Of a stretch of 64,000 bases of DNA, positions 38,366-51,315 are shown one piece after another. The stretch lies in contig NC_043010.1 in NCBI RefSeq assembly GCF_006345805.1, positions 4,092,001 through 4,156,000 on the forward strand. The letters run 5' to 3'. A program made the position numbers and the translations under genes. Source of the stretch: Octopus sinensis. Lineage: Eukaryota. Position 1 is the stretch's first letter. Each line of letters opens with the position of its first letter. A model generated the notes under the pieces. That model worked only from the letters and a program-made list of their open reading frames with translations. It did not search any database and was not told the DNA's origin.

Positions 38366-39754
38366 GAAGAGCCAAAATGATTACTGTGCAGCACTTTGTC
38401 CAATGCATGACAATTCTACCAGCTCAATACACCTCGTGATGTTTGTAATATGAAAAGAAAAAAAAAAACCTGAAGCCTGTTAAGGTTTGAACTGTTTGTG
38501 AATTAAATCATTGTTACTTATATTGAATAATGTTGTAAGTCAAGACTTAACTCACTATCTGTAAGAATGATTTTTTTAATTAATTATTGAATTAATGTTA
38601 TCAAGAAAGATTTAAACTTGTAAAATAACTCCAAACATTCCTTTAAATATCTGTATGTATGAAATAACAAAAGCCATATTACTATTAGAAGAATGGTATA
38701 TAAGAATGAAAGGAATATAAAAGAAAAGATGAGGCAAATTACAAATAGTTGACTGGGCAAGAAAAATACATAATTTTCTAGGAGGACATCATTACATGCT
38801 TATATAGATTAATAATGAGATGATCTGAATTAGCAAATTAGAGTTTTCTATGAGAAAACTTTCAATCATTAAAATCTCTAATTTATTAATTTAACAATCA
38901 AATCCATCTAATTTTGCTGACTAACAATAGTTAGGCTTCTATACTAACTTATCTATTTGTTTCCATAGACAAATAAATATAATTAAAATGTTTTCTTCTC
39001 ACATTCCAGAGAAACATTGGAAAGAGTCAAATTAGTTTAAATTGATTTAGATTGCTAAAGTGAGCTTTTCACAAAAGGCAAAGACATTATTATTTAATAC
39101 TTATTTATTTATATGTTTTCTTTTAGTTTAGTAGAATAATTTGGTCAGAATAAGCAAAACAAAAGAAATTGTAAGGTAAACTTGTATAGTAAATTCCTTA
39201 GATTGCATTACCATTCTAAGCTTCCAGTATAGATACCTATCTAATAAAAGATGCTGTATAATTTTTTAGACTTTTGTTTTACATCAACTACTGTGGAAAA
39301 TTAGATTAATTTGTTAAGGTTTATGTGGTTAATGTTAAATTAAAATTTTTGTTAGAAAGAAAAATCTAATGTTAAGGTGTAAATATTATTATAGCTTTTT
39401 TTTTGTTTTTGATAAGACAATGTTTATTGGGAAATATATGACTGTGAGTCAGTGAGTCATGGAAATATTTTGTAGTCCTGGTAGACAATACTGAAAACGT
39501 ATTACCTTAAAGTATGGCAATGCATTGAAAGAACCACTTTAACTCATTTACCTCATTCTATCCTGGTCAAACTGAGTTGGGAAGTAGTTCAGGAATCCAG
39601 AATGCCAAATATTTTTACTGTTTTAGGCTCAAAAAGAAACTTATTGGAGAGCAACAAGTGATTTGTTTGCTTGCAGTCCAATGACTGCAGGGTAACGAAG
39701 TTTGGGTTTTATGTTGATATCACCAGGTTGCCATTGGTGAAATTATCATTACTG

Positions 39755-40048
39755 ATGCACGTAAAAGCACCATCCGTTCATGTCCGTTGTCAGCCTCGCC
39801 TGGCCCCCATGCCGGTGGCACGTAGCACCATATGTTCATGGCCGTTGCCAGCCTCGCCTGGCCCCCGTGCCGGTGGCACGTAAAAGCACCCACTACACTC
39901 ACAGAGTGGTTGGCGTTAGGAAGGGCATCCAGCCGTAGAAACACTGCCAGATCAGACTGGGCTGATGCAGCCTTCTGGCTTCACTGACCCCAGCTGAACC
40001 GTCCAACCCATGCTAGCATGGAAAGCAGACGCTAAATGATGATGATGA
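39755..40048 (+). mobile_element. SINE family D
   Basis: As above. Confidence 0.85.
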
Positions 40049-40049
40049 T

Positions 40050-40660
40050 ACTATCTCAGTTGAGAGTCTTGCTACTTCAGAATGGAAAGATGGTGATTGT
40101 CATGTCTTTTACCATCCTCACAGCCTGACCCTACTGGTTTCCACTTGTGACCAAAACTTGGATGTCAAACACATTTGACAATATCATGGAGAGAAGCAGC
40201 TGGCACCGAGACAGCAGGAAGATTGATAATGTGTAGGGGTCAGAAACATTTGTTGTAGATATTATGGTATTGGTGACACAAAATGGAAGGCTGAGTAATT
40301 TGCTGATTTGGAAACAGTTGTTATTCAGCTAGGTACCAGTCAACCTTGAAAGTGTATGGCATATAGCCAAATGCTGCCGTGGAGCTTGGAAGTAGAGCTG
40401 AAACATGCTGATACTGGTCAAGAGAATTAAACAAGGCTATTCAAGACTTTATAGTACTGGATGGTCTCCTATTTATGTTAATTGATGCAATGTCTGCAAA
40501 ACTGAGGTTGATTCATATCTTGATTATATCAACAGTTTTGTATGTCCTGATCAAGGGGTTCTGTGAAGCTGTGGTGAACCTGATTGATGAGAGTATGGCA
40601 AAGGCCAGTAATGATAGACATGTTGGAAGTGCTTAATTAGTGTGGACTGAAAATCAAGGT
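40050..40660 (-). mobile_element. Degenerate LINE fragment
   Basis: GC-richer, coding-like on minus with many stops; resembles the RTE endonuclease-RT linker. Confidence 0.4.
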
Positions 40661-40813
40661 TTCTGTGTCTAACAAGAATGAGACATATTGTCATCTGGCA
40701 TCATGAATTAGGATATTAAATATTTCTTTCTTAATGAAAAACAATTTATAATTGGGTAACATTATTTCCTTTTAATGGAAATATTAACAATGAAAATGAG
40801 TTTTTTTTATAAC

Positions 40814-41710
40814 TACAAGTTGTGTTCAAAAAATATCCAACTTTATTTCTTCCTGCCAAAACCAATGCCACATGGGAAAAGTCCTTTGCGTGGGAGGTGA
40901 TGCACCCCGCCTGTGCAGGCATTAATGTTTACATGCCAGTAGGCCAAGTCAGTTCCCAACTGTACACCTAGAATACAGAAATGCAGCATACGCTTGTCAG
41001 ATTTTCATTTTCATGCAAGATGACTGAATGCATTGAGTAGAGACCATAAATCTTTGTCTCATCACCAGTGATGGTGGCCTTCATGAAGTCTGAATTGTGA
41101 TTTGCACAGTCCAACAGGTCCTGAGTGACATCCACGTGGAATTGCTGCTGCTGTTCCACCAGCTCCTTGTGGAAGAATTTTGTGGAAACTCTCCACATGC
41201 ACAAATCTTCCATTAAAATGGAATGCATTGATCCTGTGCTTTGTAAGCAATTTCCTGAATTGCTACATAGTGGGCCTCTATGACTATTCTCCAAACTTTC
41301 TCAATTGGTTCCTCATTTCAGCTTGTGGATGGCCTGTCTGAGTGTGCCTCGCTCTCCACAGAAATTTGACCATGTTTAAAGCAGTTGTACCAGTCTTTGA
41401 CCTGACTTTTGCCCATGGCATCATTGCCAAGGGACTACTGAATCTTCTGGATGGTTTCAACTTGAGCATCATCAAACTTTTGGAAAAACTTGATGCAATA
41501 TTTCTGTTAGATGTGTTCGGTGAAAATGAAAATACAAGTATGCACTACCCATGGGTATAACAGCCAGGAACTTACACAGCCTACCAGGGTGAAAATTTCC
41601 ATGCATGTGTAAAAAGGGTGGCGTCACCTGCCACTCAAAGCATTTTGTCCATGTGGCATCCGTTTTGGCAGGAAAATATAAAGTCAGATACTTTTTGAAT
41701 GTACCTCATA
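40814..41710 (-). mobile_element. Internally deleted mariner element (~0.9 kb)
   Basis: Imperfect ~50-bp TIRs (tacaagttgtgttcaaaaaatatccaacttt..cctgccaaaac / rc tatgaggtacattcaaaaagtatctgacttt..cctgccaaaac) starting with TA; transposase MWRVSTKFFHKELVEQQQQFHVDVTQDLLD..ITGDET. Confidence 0.85.
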
Positions 41711-41829
41711 TAAACCCAATAAAATTAAGTAGAAAGATGTATAAAGTAAAACAAAAAAAAAAAAAATCTATATTGAAATTATGTTAACAAGTAAAGTTAG
41801 ATGCGACTGGAAAATAAAAAAGTCATTAT

Positions 41830-42969
41830 CTCAAATGGAAACAGATTTTACCAATTATACCAGATAAAATTGTAAGTGTGAAAAGGCTATTATATGGGGC
41901 CCAAAGATTGGTATGCAACAGTGTCAGAACAGCAAGAGGAAAGAAACTGGGTAAGCATTAGTCAAACACTATCTATTCACAAGTGTTTCTAGCTTGTGGA
42001 ACTTGAATTCAAAGACTGATTGGACAACAAGTGAAAGGATTGGTGAACCAATGGTGATAATGTCTTTCTTTGAGGTCACCTGTACCAGGTAAAATGTGGT
42101 GTCATCAAAGCCATTTATGTCATAGTTAACATTTATAGCCTCAGATTTGGATGAGTCAACCTCAAATTTAACACCCAATAAATCTGAGTAGAGGTCATAA
42201 CAGATACTGTTAACAGGTCTCACAATTTAAATTCTAGATTGAAGTGAAGGACTCAAAAGCAGCATATTTTTCATCTTTACCAAAGGTTAGTTCCTATCCA
42301 GATCAGAAACATTGTCAGGTTCTGAATAGGGAATATGTATAGTGAAACACATGGATTATTCCCATTTATACTATCTGATATTGACTTAGCATTTACCAAT
42401 AGTGCAATGCTTACAAATTTGTATTGTTCAAGAATATGGTTGTACATAGTTTTTAGGTTTGTTTTCTTTTGAGACAATGATTTTTTTTCCTTTGCAGTTT
42501 TACTTAACTTTATTTGTTAATGCAATTTCAATGTAGATTGTTTTTTGTGTTTTTTTTGTTTACATTTATGCATCTTTCTACTTGATTTTATTGAAATGAT
42601 TACAGACTTTCTTTGTGGGTTTATAGCCATCAAAAAACTCATTTTCATTATTGATATTACCATTAAAAGGAAATAGTGTTACACAATCATAGATTATTTT
42701 TTCATTAAGAAATAATTGTGTGATGAAGTCTTTTGATGAAATGTGTATGTAGTTAAAGAATATTTGGAATATCTCAGAAGCTGGATATATGAGGTAGCTA
42801 CAATAAATTACCAGATCATATGATGCCAAGGGAAATAATGGCAACATAACATTCCAGTGAAATGCTAGGCCTTTTAGTTGTTGTATTTCTATTAGATTTA
42901 GTTAGAATAAGTATTGAAATGATTCAAAGTGACAAGGCTTTCTTCATTGGAGGCTGTGATTCTAACTAT
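41830..42969 (-). pseudogene. Large decayed exon: cadherin-like ectodomain pieces plus possible hydrophobic TM remnant
   Basis: Acceptor aattatttcag| at 42970; successive minus-strand open stretches (ORFs 42847-42578, 42477-42277, 42223-41969) with SDSINGNNP, IPYSEPDNVSDLDRN, VNYDINGFDDTTFYL; hydrophobic SLFTLTILSGIIGKICFHLR near 41880-41830. Confidence 0.45.
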
Positions 42970-44347
42970 CTGAAATAATTAAATATTTTAGGCTGACTTC
43001 AACATCGTGTAAATGAGCATACTGAGCGGAAGAAGTCAATTCATGAAAATAAATTACGTTTGGAAAACGAAGCAAAATCGATTGGAAAAAAAGTTAAGAA
43101 AACAAAGCAGCTTAAATATTGCAAAATACATAACAATAAAATAAATTTGGATAGAATTATATGAAAAAAAAATTATATATATATATATAAAACGCAACCC
43201 TAAAAACATGGTAGCCTTTAATATTTTGAGCTGAGCTTTTAAGAGGTAATATGTTTCACACACACTTTATTGTTAAAAGCATTATTAGATCAGCATATGT
43301 AATGCGACAGAAAAATAGTTTAAATGCTGAAAGCTAACTTGAACTAATAAAACAATATTTCCCTTTGGGACCAAATATTTGATCCAGAAATATTTAAAGT
43401 ATTTAACATTATTTCCTATATTTCCTGATTTAAATACATTATATCGTAATTTTATAGACATTTTCCAAAATACATTTAAAGAACTACACACATACCTACA
43501 AACAGCAACACATGTATGTGTTTTAAGATAGAAGGAGAAAGAGAGAGAGCACATCCATCCATCCATCCATCCATCCATCCATCCATACATACATACATAC
43601 ATAGACACATAAATACATACATACATGATTGTATATGTATATGCAATATGAGTCATACATGTACAAAATGAAAGGTTCTTTGAAAAGTTATTTTGCAAAA
43701 AAACGATGAAGTTTTAACATTGAAAGTAAATTACTATAATGATTTCATAAAAAGAGAGTTATGCCTTTGAGCTAATTAGTTATTTGATTTAACTGACAGT
43801 GGAAAATTCAACTTAATCATTAGAAAACAAATCAAGTCTGACCGTATACATAAATTGCTATCATAGCATGTTTAACGGAAGTAAATTAGCTCAATAAATT
43901 TATGATAAAGTGCATGTGATGTGACAAAATGTATTGTTTATAATATATGAACTAACTTTATATTAGAATATAAAATAGCATTATACAAAAGCATAGAATA
44001 TAAACAAACAAGTTAATATGTTATGGCAAATGAGAAGAAAAATGGTTTTAGTGTGTTGTTAATCATTCAGAGATGCAATATCTTTCCTTCATTTATTACC
44101 TTCACAGTTTACATACAAGTTCAAATTCCTTAGTATACCATTTGTAATAAATTAAGCAAAGTGACTTTTCTAATATAGAAGAAGAATGAAGTTTATGAAC
44201 CTCAGTTTATTTACTTTTACAGTTAATTTAATGATTGAGAAGACGAGTAGTTAGATGTTTACTTATTCATAAATGCATACTGTGTGTTGGAAGGGAGTTT
44301 GAAATCTCATATTCTTCCAATATTCAAGTTATTGGTTCTTAAATTAT

Positions 44348-44726
44348 GGAGGTGCAATGGCCCAGTGGTTAGGGCAGCAGACTCGCGGTCATAGGATCGC
44401 GGTTTCGATTCCCAGACCGGGCGTTGTGAGTGTTTATTGAACGAAAACACCTAAAAGCTCCACGAGGCTCCGGCAGGGGGTGGTGGTGATCCCTGCTGTA
44501 CTCTTTCACCACAACTTTCTCTCACTCTTACTTCCTGTTTCTGTTGTACCTGTATTTCAAGGGGCCAGCCTTGTCACTCTCTGTGTCACGCTGAATATCC
44601 CCGAGAACTACGTTAAGGGTACACGTGTCTGTGGAGTGCTCAGCCACTTACACGTTAATTTCACGAGCAGGCTGTTCCGTTGATTCGGATCAACCGGAAC
44701 CCTCATCGTCGTAACCGATGGAGTGC
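44348..44726 (+). mobile_element. SINE family C
   Basis: tRNA-like head ggaggtgcaatggcccagtggttagggcag..ggtttcgattccc (A/B-box-like); TSD gttcttaaatt. Confidence 0.9.
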
Positions 44727-45426
44727 TAAGAGAGAGAAGTTCTTAAATTGGTTGGTTTTCTTTAACTCAACACATTTTGGGAGTCAATTCCAGATTCTAT
44801 GCATTCTGTTATACAGTTTTTGTTTTCCTAGCATTTTGCATCGATTTATAAGTAATCTGTATGTATGGCCTTCATTGATGACTGATAGAATTCAAAGTTG
44901 GTTTTTCAGGCTACACAATGCACATCACATTTCATTTTGTTCATTCCTTTAATGATCATTTTCCCCAGGCTGTCATAGGTTTGGATGAGAGATTATTTGA
45001 GACAGGATTTTATGGCCATATCTTCTTTCTATCGTTAATTTTTACTTCTCAAGTATACGCATTCTTAGCCCTGAAATATTCAAAAGCACAGTGCAGATGG
45101 TTATAATATCAGTGAGAAATTTAAACCTCACCACTACTTTGCTCAACTGTGGCAAGCATGGAATATTGATATTCATGCACTTTCTCAAGTGTGCATGCAT
45201 GTGCAGGAATGCACATATATAACAAGCTCCCTGAAGGTTCTATCTTTCAGATTCCCTCATCAGGTATTGTTCAGCATGGGACTATAGTAGAAGACATTCA
45301 AAAGTGGGACCAAACTCAAAACCATATGGTTGAAATATTGAAAATAAATCAAATATCTAAAGTACAACTTGACATGGGTTGGGGTTTCAATAAGGATTGG
45401 ACCGACATGCATCATGCCTAACATAC

Positions 45427-45665
45427 ATATGAGTGGGTTACAACACTTGTCCTTTGATATCTATCAGCAACAGAAAAGCTTTGTCTCTTTTCTGAAGGAA
45501 GTAACTGACTTACAGATGTTTCTGTGTACTTCTGTGGTATCATAGATGTATGAATAGTTCTTGGAGGAAGGTACGCTTGGATTTTTATTGTCATTAGCTG
45601 CTCAGAACAAAGTAGTTTTTGGCTCATATGCAATCGGAGTTATGTTATAGCCATGTGGTGCTCAT
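45427..45665 (-). pseudogene. Decayed cadherin-repeat exon
   Basis: HGYNITPIAYEPKTTLF*AANDNKNPSVPSSKNYSYIYDTTEV then frameshift to QSFSVADRYQRTSVVTHSY and donor TAT|gtatgt. Motif order YNIT-A / NDN-P / Y-I-E / SA-D-D / V-YS follows an EC repeat. Confidence 0.55.
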
Positions 45666-46489
45666 GAAATAAAATATGAAATAAGGTCCTACACATGTGG
45701 GAGAAATGATACGTAGTGATATTAAGCCTTTCCTGTACCACAAAGTACAAATTAGTGATTATCAACAGCAAGGTAAAAGTTAGTCAATGATAGTGTCAAA
45801 AGACAATGTGAGGATGACATGTATGGAAGCTGAATGATTCTTCCACTGGATATAGATTCAGAGAAATTCTAGGCGAAGTGTTTATTGAAAACGGGGAGGA
45901 TGAGAAAGCAGCATATAACAGAGGACAACTGAGTATTTCTATGAGACATCTGGCTGTGAACTATAGACTGGATTTGTGGTTGCTTCGAGGTTACAGCTGA
46001 CAGAAGGTGGTAGACTCAATCTCTGGAGATAAAACTGGATAACTGTCATGCTCATGATTGCTGTTGAACCAGAAACACTTGCCAATGAGTGTCCTCTAGA
46101 CAATAAACCTCTCTTTTTCTTTAATGACATGTCAGTTTTGGAGAAATCTTGAGTCTTGAGAAGATCTTCGCTTCTCAAGTGGAGATGGTCTTAATTGCCA
46201 TTTGGTAATTATGATATATCTTCTAGGTGTGCAGTTAATTTTAATAGGTGAAGAATTTACGTTGTTGGGTATTTGATATTATGTTTGTGTTTGTTGATGC
46301 TAGAAAAAAAGTACCAAACTAAGAGAAGGCCTGAAACGATTAAATAACAGGAAGAAGCAAAGAACATCATCAAGTTGCCAAAACTTATGAGTTGTTGAAT
46401 AAGGAGAATGTATTAGAGAGAGAGAGAGAGAGAAATTGGAGAAGGAGAGAGAGAGCCAATCCCAGATAAACCAAACAGGTAGCATTTAT

Positions 46490-46920
46490 TGAAGTCGACA
46501 GTTATGCAGTTAAAAGTGTGATTAAGGATATGAAGACAGGGAAGGCAGCTGGACTTCCAAGAGTTGTTGCTGAAAATATCTGAGAAAGTAGATAACACTA
46601 GTCGCTTGCATAGTAAATCAGGTACTACAGATAGGCGTCATTCTTAATGACTGGTGCAACATTATCATTATCAACTGCTATAAAGACAAAGGGGATGCTC
46701 TGGAGAGAGGCAATTAAATTGATGGATCAGCTTATGAAAGTTACTGAATGAGTTAACAAAGTAATCACTAGAAATCCATGCACACCATGTAAAGGGATAC
46801 GGTTAGCAATGAATTCAGCCAGAAATTGAGCATGCAAGCAAGTGTCTATCAGGCCATAACTGAGGAGTTTAAAGCTAGCTTCTTACAGGGACACCTGTCT
46901 GCCATGGACTTAGTTATAGT
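46490..46920 (+). mobile_element. RTE-type LINE RT fragment
   Basis: IKDMKTGKAAG, VIPNDWCNIIIINCYKDKGDALERGN-like sequence. Confidence 0.65.
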
Positions 46921-46924
46921 TGAA

Positions 46925-47265
46925 ACAATCATCATCATCGTTTAACGTCCGTTTTCCGCGCTAGCACGGGTTGGACGGTTCGACCGGGGTCTGGGAAGCC
47001 AGGGGCTGCACCAGGCTCCAGTCTGATCTGGCAGTGTTTCTACAGCTGGATGCCCTTCCTAACGCCAACCACTCCGTGAGTGTAGTGGGTGCTTTTTATG
47101 TGCCACCGGCACAGAAGCCAGTCGAGGCGGCGCTGGCATCGGCCACGTTCGGATGGTGCTTTTTATGTGCCACCGGCAAAGAAGCCAGTCGAGGCGGCGC
47201 TGGCATCAGCCACGTTCGGATGGTGCTTTTTATGTGCCACCGGCACAGAAGCCATTCGAGGCAGT
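46925..47265 (-). mobile_element. SINE family D with near-identical ~66-bp internal tandem units
   Basis: ggtgctttttatgtgccaccggc..agaagccagtcgaggcggcgctggcatc repeated at ~47088, 47155, 47221. Confidence 0.85.
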
Positions 47266-47586
47266 GCTTAATCTTCTCGTTATTTACTTTTTCATTAATA
47301 TATAATCACTTTTCTGATTCTGATATTAATCCCTGATGAACTCTGATTGCACACACCTATTGGATTCAAAAACCTTTATACAACTGCAGAATGAATGGTT
47401 TGTGTGTGTGTGTGTGTTAGTGGGCAAGGGATATATCTGTGTTTGTACACACACATGCATGCACACCCTCACACATACTCATATATATGCATACACACAC
47501 ACATGCATATTTATATACATATACATACATATGTGGAAACATACATAAGCTGCATTATATCAGATAAAACTTTAAAATTTCTCAAC

Positions 47587-47965
47587 TTAATGAACACAGT
47601 AAACTAGGTTGGGTATAGTAATATGCTGAAAATATTTGATAAATATTTCATTACTACACAGAACACTATTTTTGACTGAACTGGGCGGCAGCAGTTCACA
47701 GGCACTGGAAGCAGATAAATCAGTAGATATTTTTATGTGTTTGCTGCTCACTCTCTTTGAAAACTGGAAAACAGAGAGAGAGTGAAAAACATCTAAGCGT
47801 GGCTTTCTGTTAGTATCAGCAACAGAGCTTTTCCTTAAGTTTTTAAACTGATGAGAGCCTTTGCCAGTTACAGAAGTAGAAGGAACTGTCAGACGTGTTG
47901 AATGTATTTTGTGATTGAACTTCAACATTGAATGTACAGCATTCAAAGTGAAAGTAAAACCAAGG
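47587..47965 (-). pseudogene. Cadherin-like exon, still open for ~125 codons
   Basis: Acceptor acatttatttattag|; ...RLTVPSTSVTGKGSHQFKNLRKSSVADTNRKPRLDVFHSLSV... resembles L-V-ATDKGSP-LS...V-V-DTNDN-P-F. Confidence 0.5.
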
Positions 47966-48129
47966 CTAATAAATAAATGTACAAATGCAAATGTTGTTGT
48001 TGTTTTTTTTAACCCCAGTTCAACCTTGATGTGAGCAAAGCTATGATCAAAGACATTCAAGCCATGGCTATCCTGTCTTTTCAGACATACTGCATCTCAG
48101 ACTAAAATAGCTAATATGTATTTCCATTT

Positions 48130-48340
48130 TCTGAGAGAGATTTGGTTGTTGTTTCTAACAAAATGAGGGATTGCAGAGAGGCACTCCCATTAGCAAATGT
48201 TGTGTCTATAGGAAGCTGTGCCAGGGTAAAAGAAAGGAGATAGAAATAAATGTAACAGCAGCAGGGTCATGTGGTGACTTGTCGTATCAAGAAAAACTCT
48301 GCTTCCATTGGCTTTTCAAGTTGTTGATGCTATCAGTTAC
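48130..48340 (-). pseudogene. Possible decayed cadherin segment
   Basis: YDKSPHDPAAVTFISISF and LPIDTTFANGSAS in shifting frames; weak similarity only. Confidence 0.25.
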
Positions 48341-48564
48341 TTCTCTTTTACTCTTTTACTCGTTTCAGTCATTTGACTGCGGCCATGCTGGAGCACCGCC
48401 TTTAGTCGAGCAACTTAACCCCGGGACTTATTCTTTTTTTTGTAAACCCAGTACTTATTCTATCGGTCCCTTTTTGCCGAACCGCTAAGTGACGGGGACG
48501 TAAACACACCAGCATCGGTTGTCAAGCAATGCTAGGGAGACAAACACACACACATACACATATA

Positions 48565-48602
<38 letters not shown>

Positions 48603-48772
48603 CATATATACGACAGGCTTCTTTCAGTTTCCGTCTACCAAATCCACTCACAAGGCATTGGTCAGCCCGGGGCTATAGCAGAAAACACTTGCCCAAGATG
48701 CCACACAGTGGGATTGAACCTGGAACCATGTGGTTGGTTAGCAAGCTACTTACCACACAGCCACTCCTGCCC
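48338..48772 (-). mobile_element. SINE family B, full length
   Basis: Reverse complement of the 57460-57865 copy. Confidence 0.85.
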
Positions 48773-48860
48773 AATCCTTGAGAGAAGTGCAATAATTTTT
48801 CTTTTTCAGTAGTAGAATGGAATTTGAACTCAGAATGCTCAGAATCGGAACAAATATTGA

Positions 48861-49055
48861 TTTCAAGTTTTGGTGCAAGGAAGAGAATGAGTTGATGACA
48901 TCAGAATCAGTGCTCAACTGATACTTATTTTATCAATCCTGAAAGGATAAAAGACAAAGTCGACCTTGGTGGAATTTGAACTCAGAACATAAAACTCGGA
49001 AATGCTGCTGAGCATTTTGCCAGGTGTGCTAACAATTCTGCCAGCTCCCTGCCTA
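48861..49055 (-). mobile_element. Family A SINE with 15-bp TSD
   Basis: tcggaacaaatattg on both sides; preceded by an older family A remnant. Confidence 0.75.
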
Positions 49056-49265
49056 AGTCGGAACAAATATTGCCGAACATTCCATCTAACCCTCTGACAA
49101 TTCATTCCTTTATTCCACCAGTCTGGACTGGTCCTTTTTTAACCCCTGATGGAGGAAAGGTAAACTTGACTTCAGCAGGATTTGAACTATATGTGCAGTG
49201 TGTCAGAACAACTACAATGGGGTATTTTATCCAACCTGCTAATGTCTCTAACAATTTACTGCTGT

Positions 49266-50070
49266 TGGAGGGGGGGTATAGAAGGGGAATAAAAGGATTG
49301 AATTAAATATAAACCACAATTTGGAAGATTTCATACCAATGCCATTTATTAAGGTAGTGTATGATGTTAAAAGACATTGTTCATACTTTAGTTTAATGGT
49401 GGATGGAAGCACTCCGTCGGTTACGACGACAAGGGTTCTGGTTGATCCAATCAACGGAACAGCCTGCTTGTGAAATTAACGTGTAAGTGGCTGAGCACTC
49501 CACAGACACGTGTACCCTTAACGTAGTTCTCGGGGATATTCAGCGTGACACAGAGAGTGACAAGGCCGGCCCCTTGAAATACAGGTACAACAGAAATAGG
49601 AAGTAAGAGTGAGAGAAAGTTATGGTGAAATAGTACAGCAGGGATCACCACCATCCCTGTCGGAGCCTCGTGGAGCTTTAGGTGTTTTCGCTCAATAAAC
49701 ACTCACAACGCCCTGTCTGGGAATCGAAACCACGATCCTATGACCGCGAAACAGGAAGTAAGAGTGAGAGAAAGTTGTGGTGAAATAGTACAGCAGGGAT
49801 CACCACCATCCCTGCCGGTGCGTCGTGGAGCTTTAGGTGTTTTCGTTCAATAAACACTCACAACGCCCGGTCTGGAAATCGAAACCGCGATCCTACGACC
49901 GTGAACCGCTGCCCTAACCACTGGGCCATCGTGCCTCCACTGGAGGGGTGGATATAGAAGGGGAATAAAAGGATTGAATTAACTATAAACCACAATTTGG
50001 AAGATTTCACACCAATGCTGTTTATTAAGGTAGTGTATGATGTTAAAAGACATTGTTCATACTTTAGTTT
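49266..50070. repeat. ~129-bp direct repeat flanking a SINE (49266-49394 / 49941-50070)
   Basis: tggaggg..tatagaaggggaataaaaggattgaatt..catactttagttt on both sides, a few mismatches. Confidence 0.95.
49400..49940 (-). mobile_element. SINE family C with internal partial duplication
   Basis: Segment aggaagtaagagtgagagaaag..gaaac..gatccta repeated (~49599-49749 and 49750-49900). Confidence 0.9.
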
Positions 50071-50777
50071 TATGACTATGAATGAGAATCCAGTTGCAAC
50101 TTACACAGAATTTAATGTATTTGTTACATATGACAATGTTCAAAATTGTATGTTTAAACTCAGTAAATGTAAAACATTTAAAATTAATGGAAAAAAACTG
50201 CTTTCAGTATTTCATATTAGAATGATTTTGCTCTAATAATTTCCAAAAATTTTTGAATTTGCAGAACTACTCAACACATAGTGAGTACTCATTTGGTTGA
50301 TTAGCTGAAGTTCCAGCTCATTGAATTAGTATTGTTGACAAGCAGTGTGTAGGGACAAGCACAAACGCAAAGACATGTACATTATCATAGTCAAACACAC
50401 ACACACACACACACGGATATATGATGGGCTTCCACACAGCTTCTGTGTACCAAATTCATTCACAAGCCATTGTTCAGGCTGGAGCTATAGTAGAAGATTC
50501 TTGTCTAAGATGGTACCCTTTGGGACTGAACCCAAACCATGTGGCTACAGAGTGAGCTTCTTACCACACAAAAAAAATTTTGAAAATTGCATATAATGAA
50601 ATGTTTTAACAGGATTTCGAAAACAGCCCCATTTTTTTCAATTAAATTGTTAGACATTTAAATGAACAACAGAGGGTTTAATTCTTCACAGTTGGCATGT
50701 AATGTTCATCTTAATATGTAGCTATTCTATAACATGGTGCAACAATCTAAGAACGTTAACAATTATATATATATATA

Positions 50778-51091
50778 TATCATCGTGATCATCAACGTGA
50801 CCGACCAGTCTATCAGATGTTTCTACACATCGCTGGTCACAATGCTCTTCGCATTGTTTTAGCCTTTCAAATGATGCCACCCCACTGGCTAAGCGAGCAG
50901 GCCAACAGAAGAAAGAGTGAGAGAAAGTTGTAGCAAAAGAGTACAGCAGGGACCACCACCACCCCCTGCCAGAGCCTCGTGGAGCTTTAGGTGTTTTCGC
51001 TCAATAAACACTCACAACGCCCGGTCTGGGAATCGAAACCACAATCCTATGACCGCGAGTCCGCTGCCCTGACCACTGGGCCATTGCGCCT

Positions 51092-51092
<1 letters not shown>
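50778..51092 (-). mobile_element. SINE family C, tail variant 2
   Basis: Same tail as the 900-1203 copy; sits between microsatellites. Confidence 0.85.
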
Positions 51093-51181
<89 letters not shown>

Positions 51182-51315
51182 ACAGATGTATGTGTATTTT
51201 ATTTATATATGTGGTTACATATTGGTAAAATCATATCTACCTATCTACCTATCTACTAGACAGGTAGTAGTTACTACTGGTTAAAACAGTGAATATAATA
51301 TCATGCTTCTTTAAG

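Noticed and set aside
44348-44420. tRNA gene
   Set aside because: tRNA-like head continues directly into a multi-copy SINE body with a TSD.
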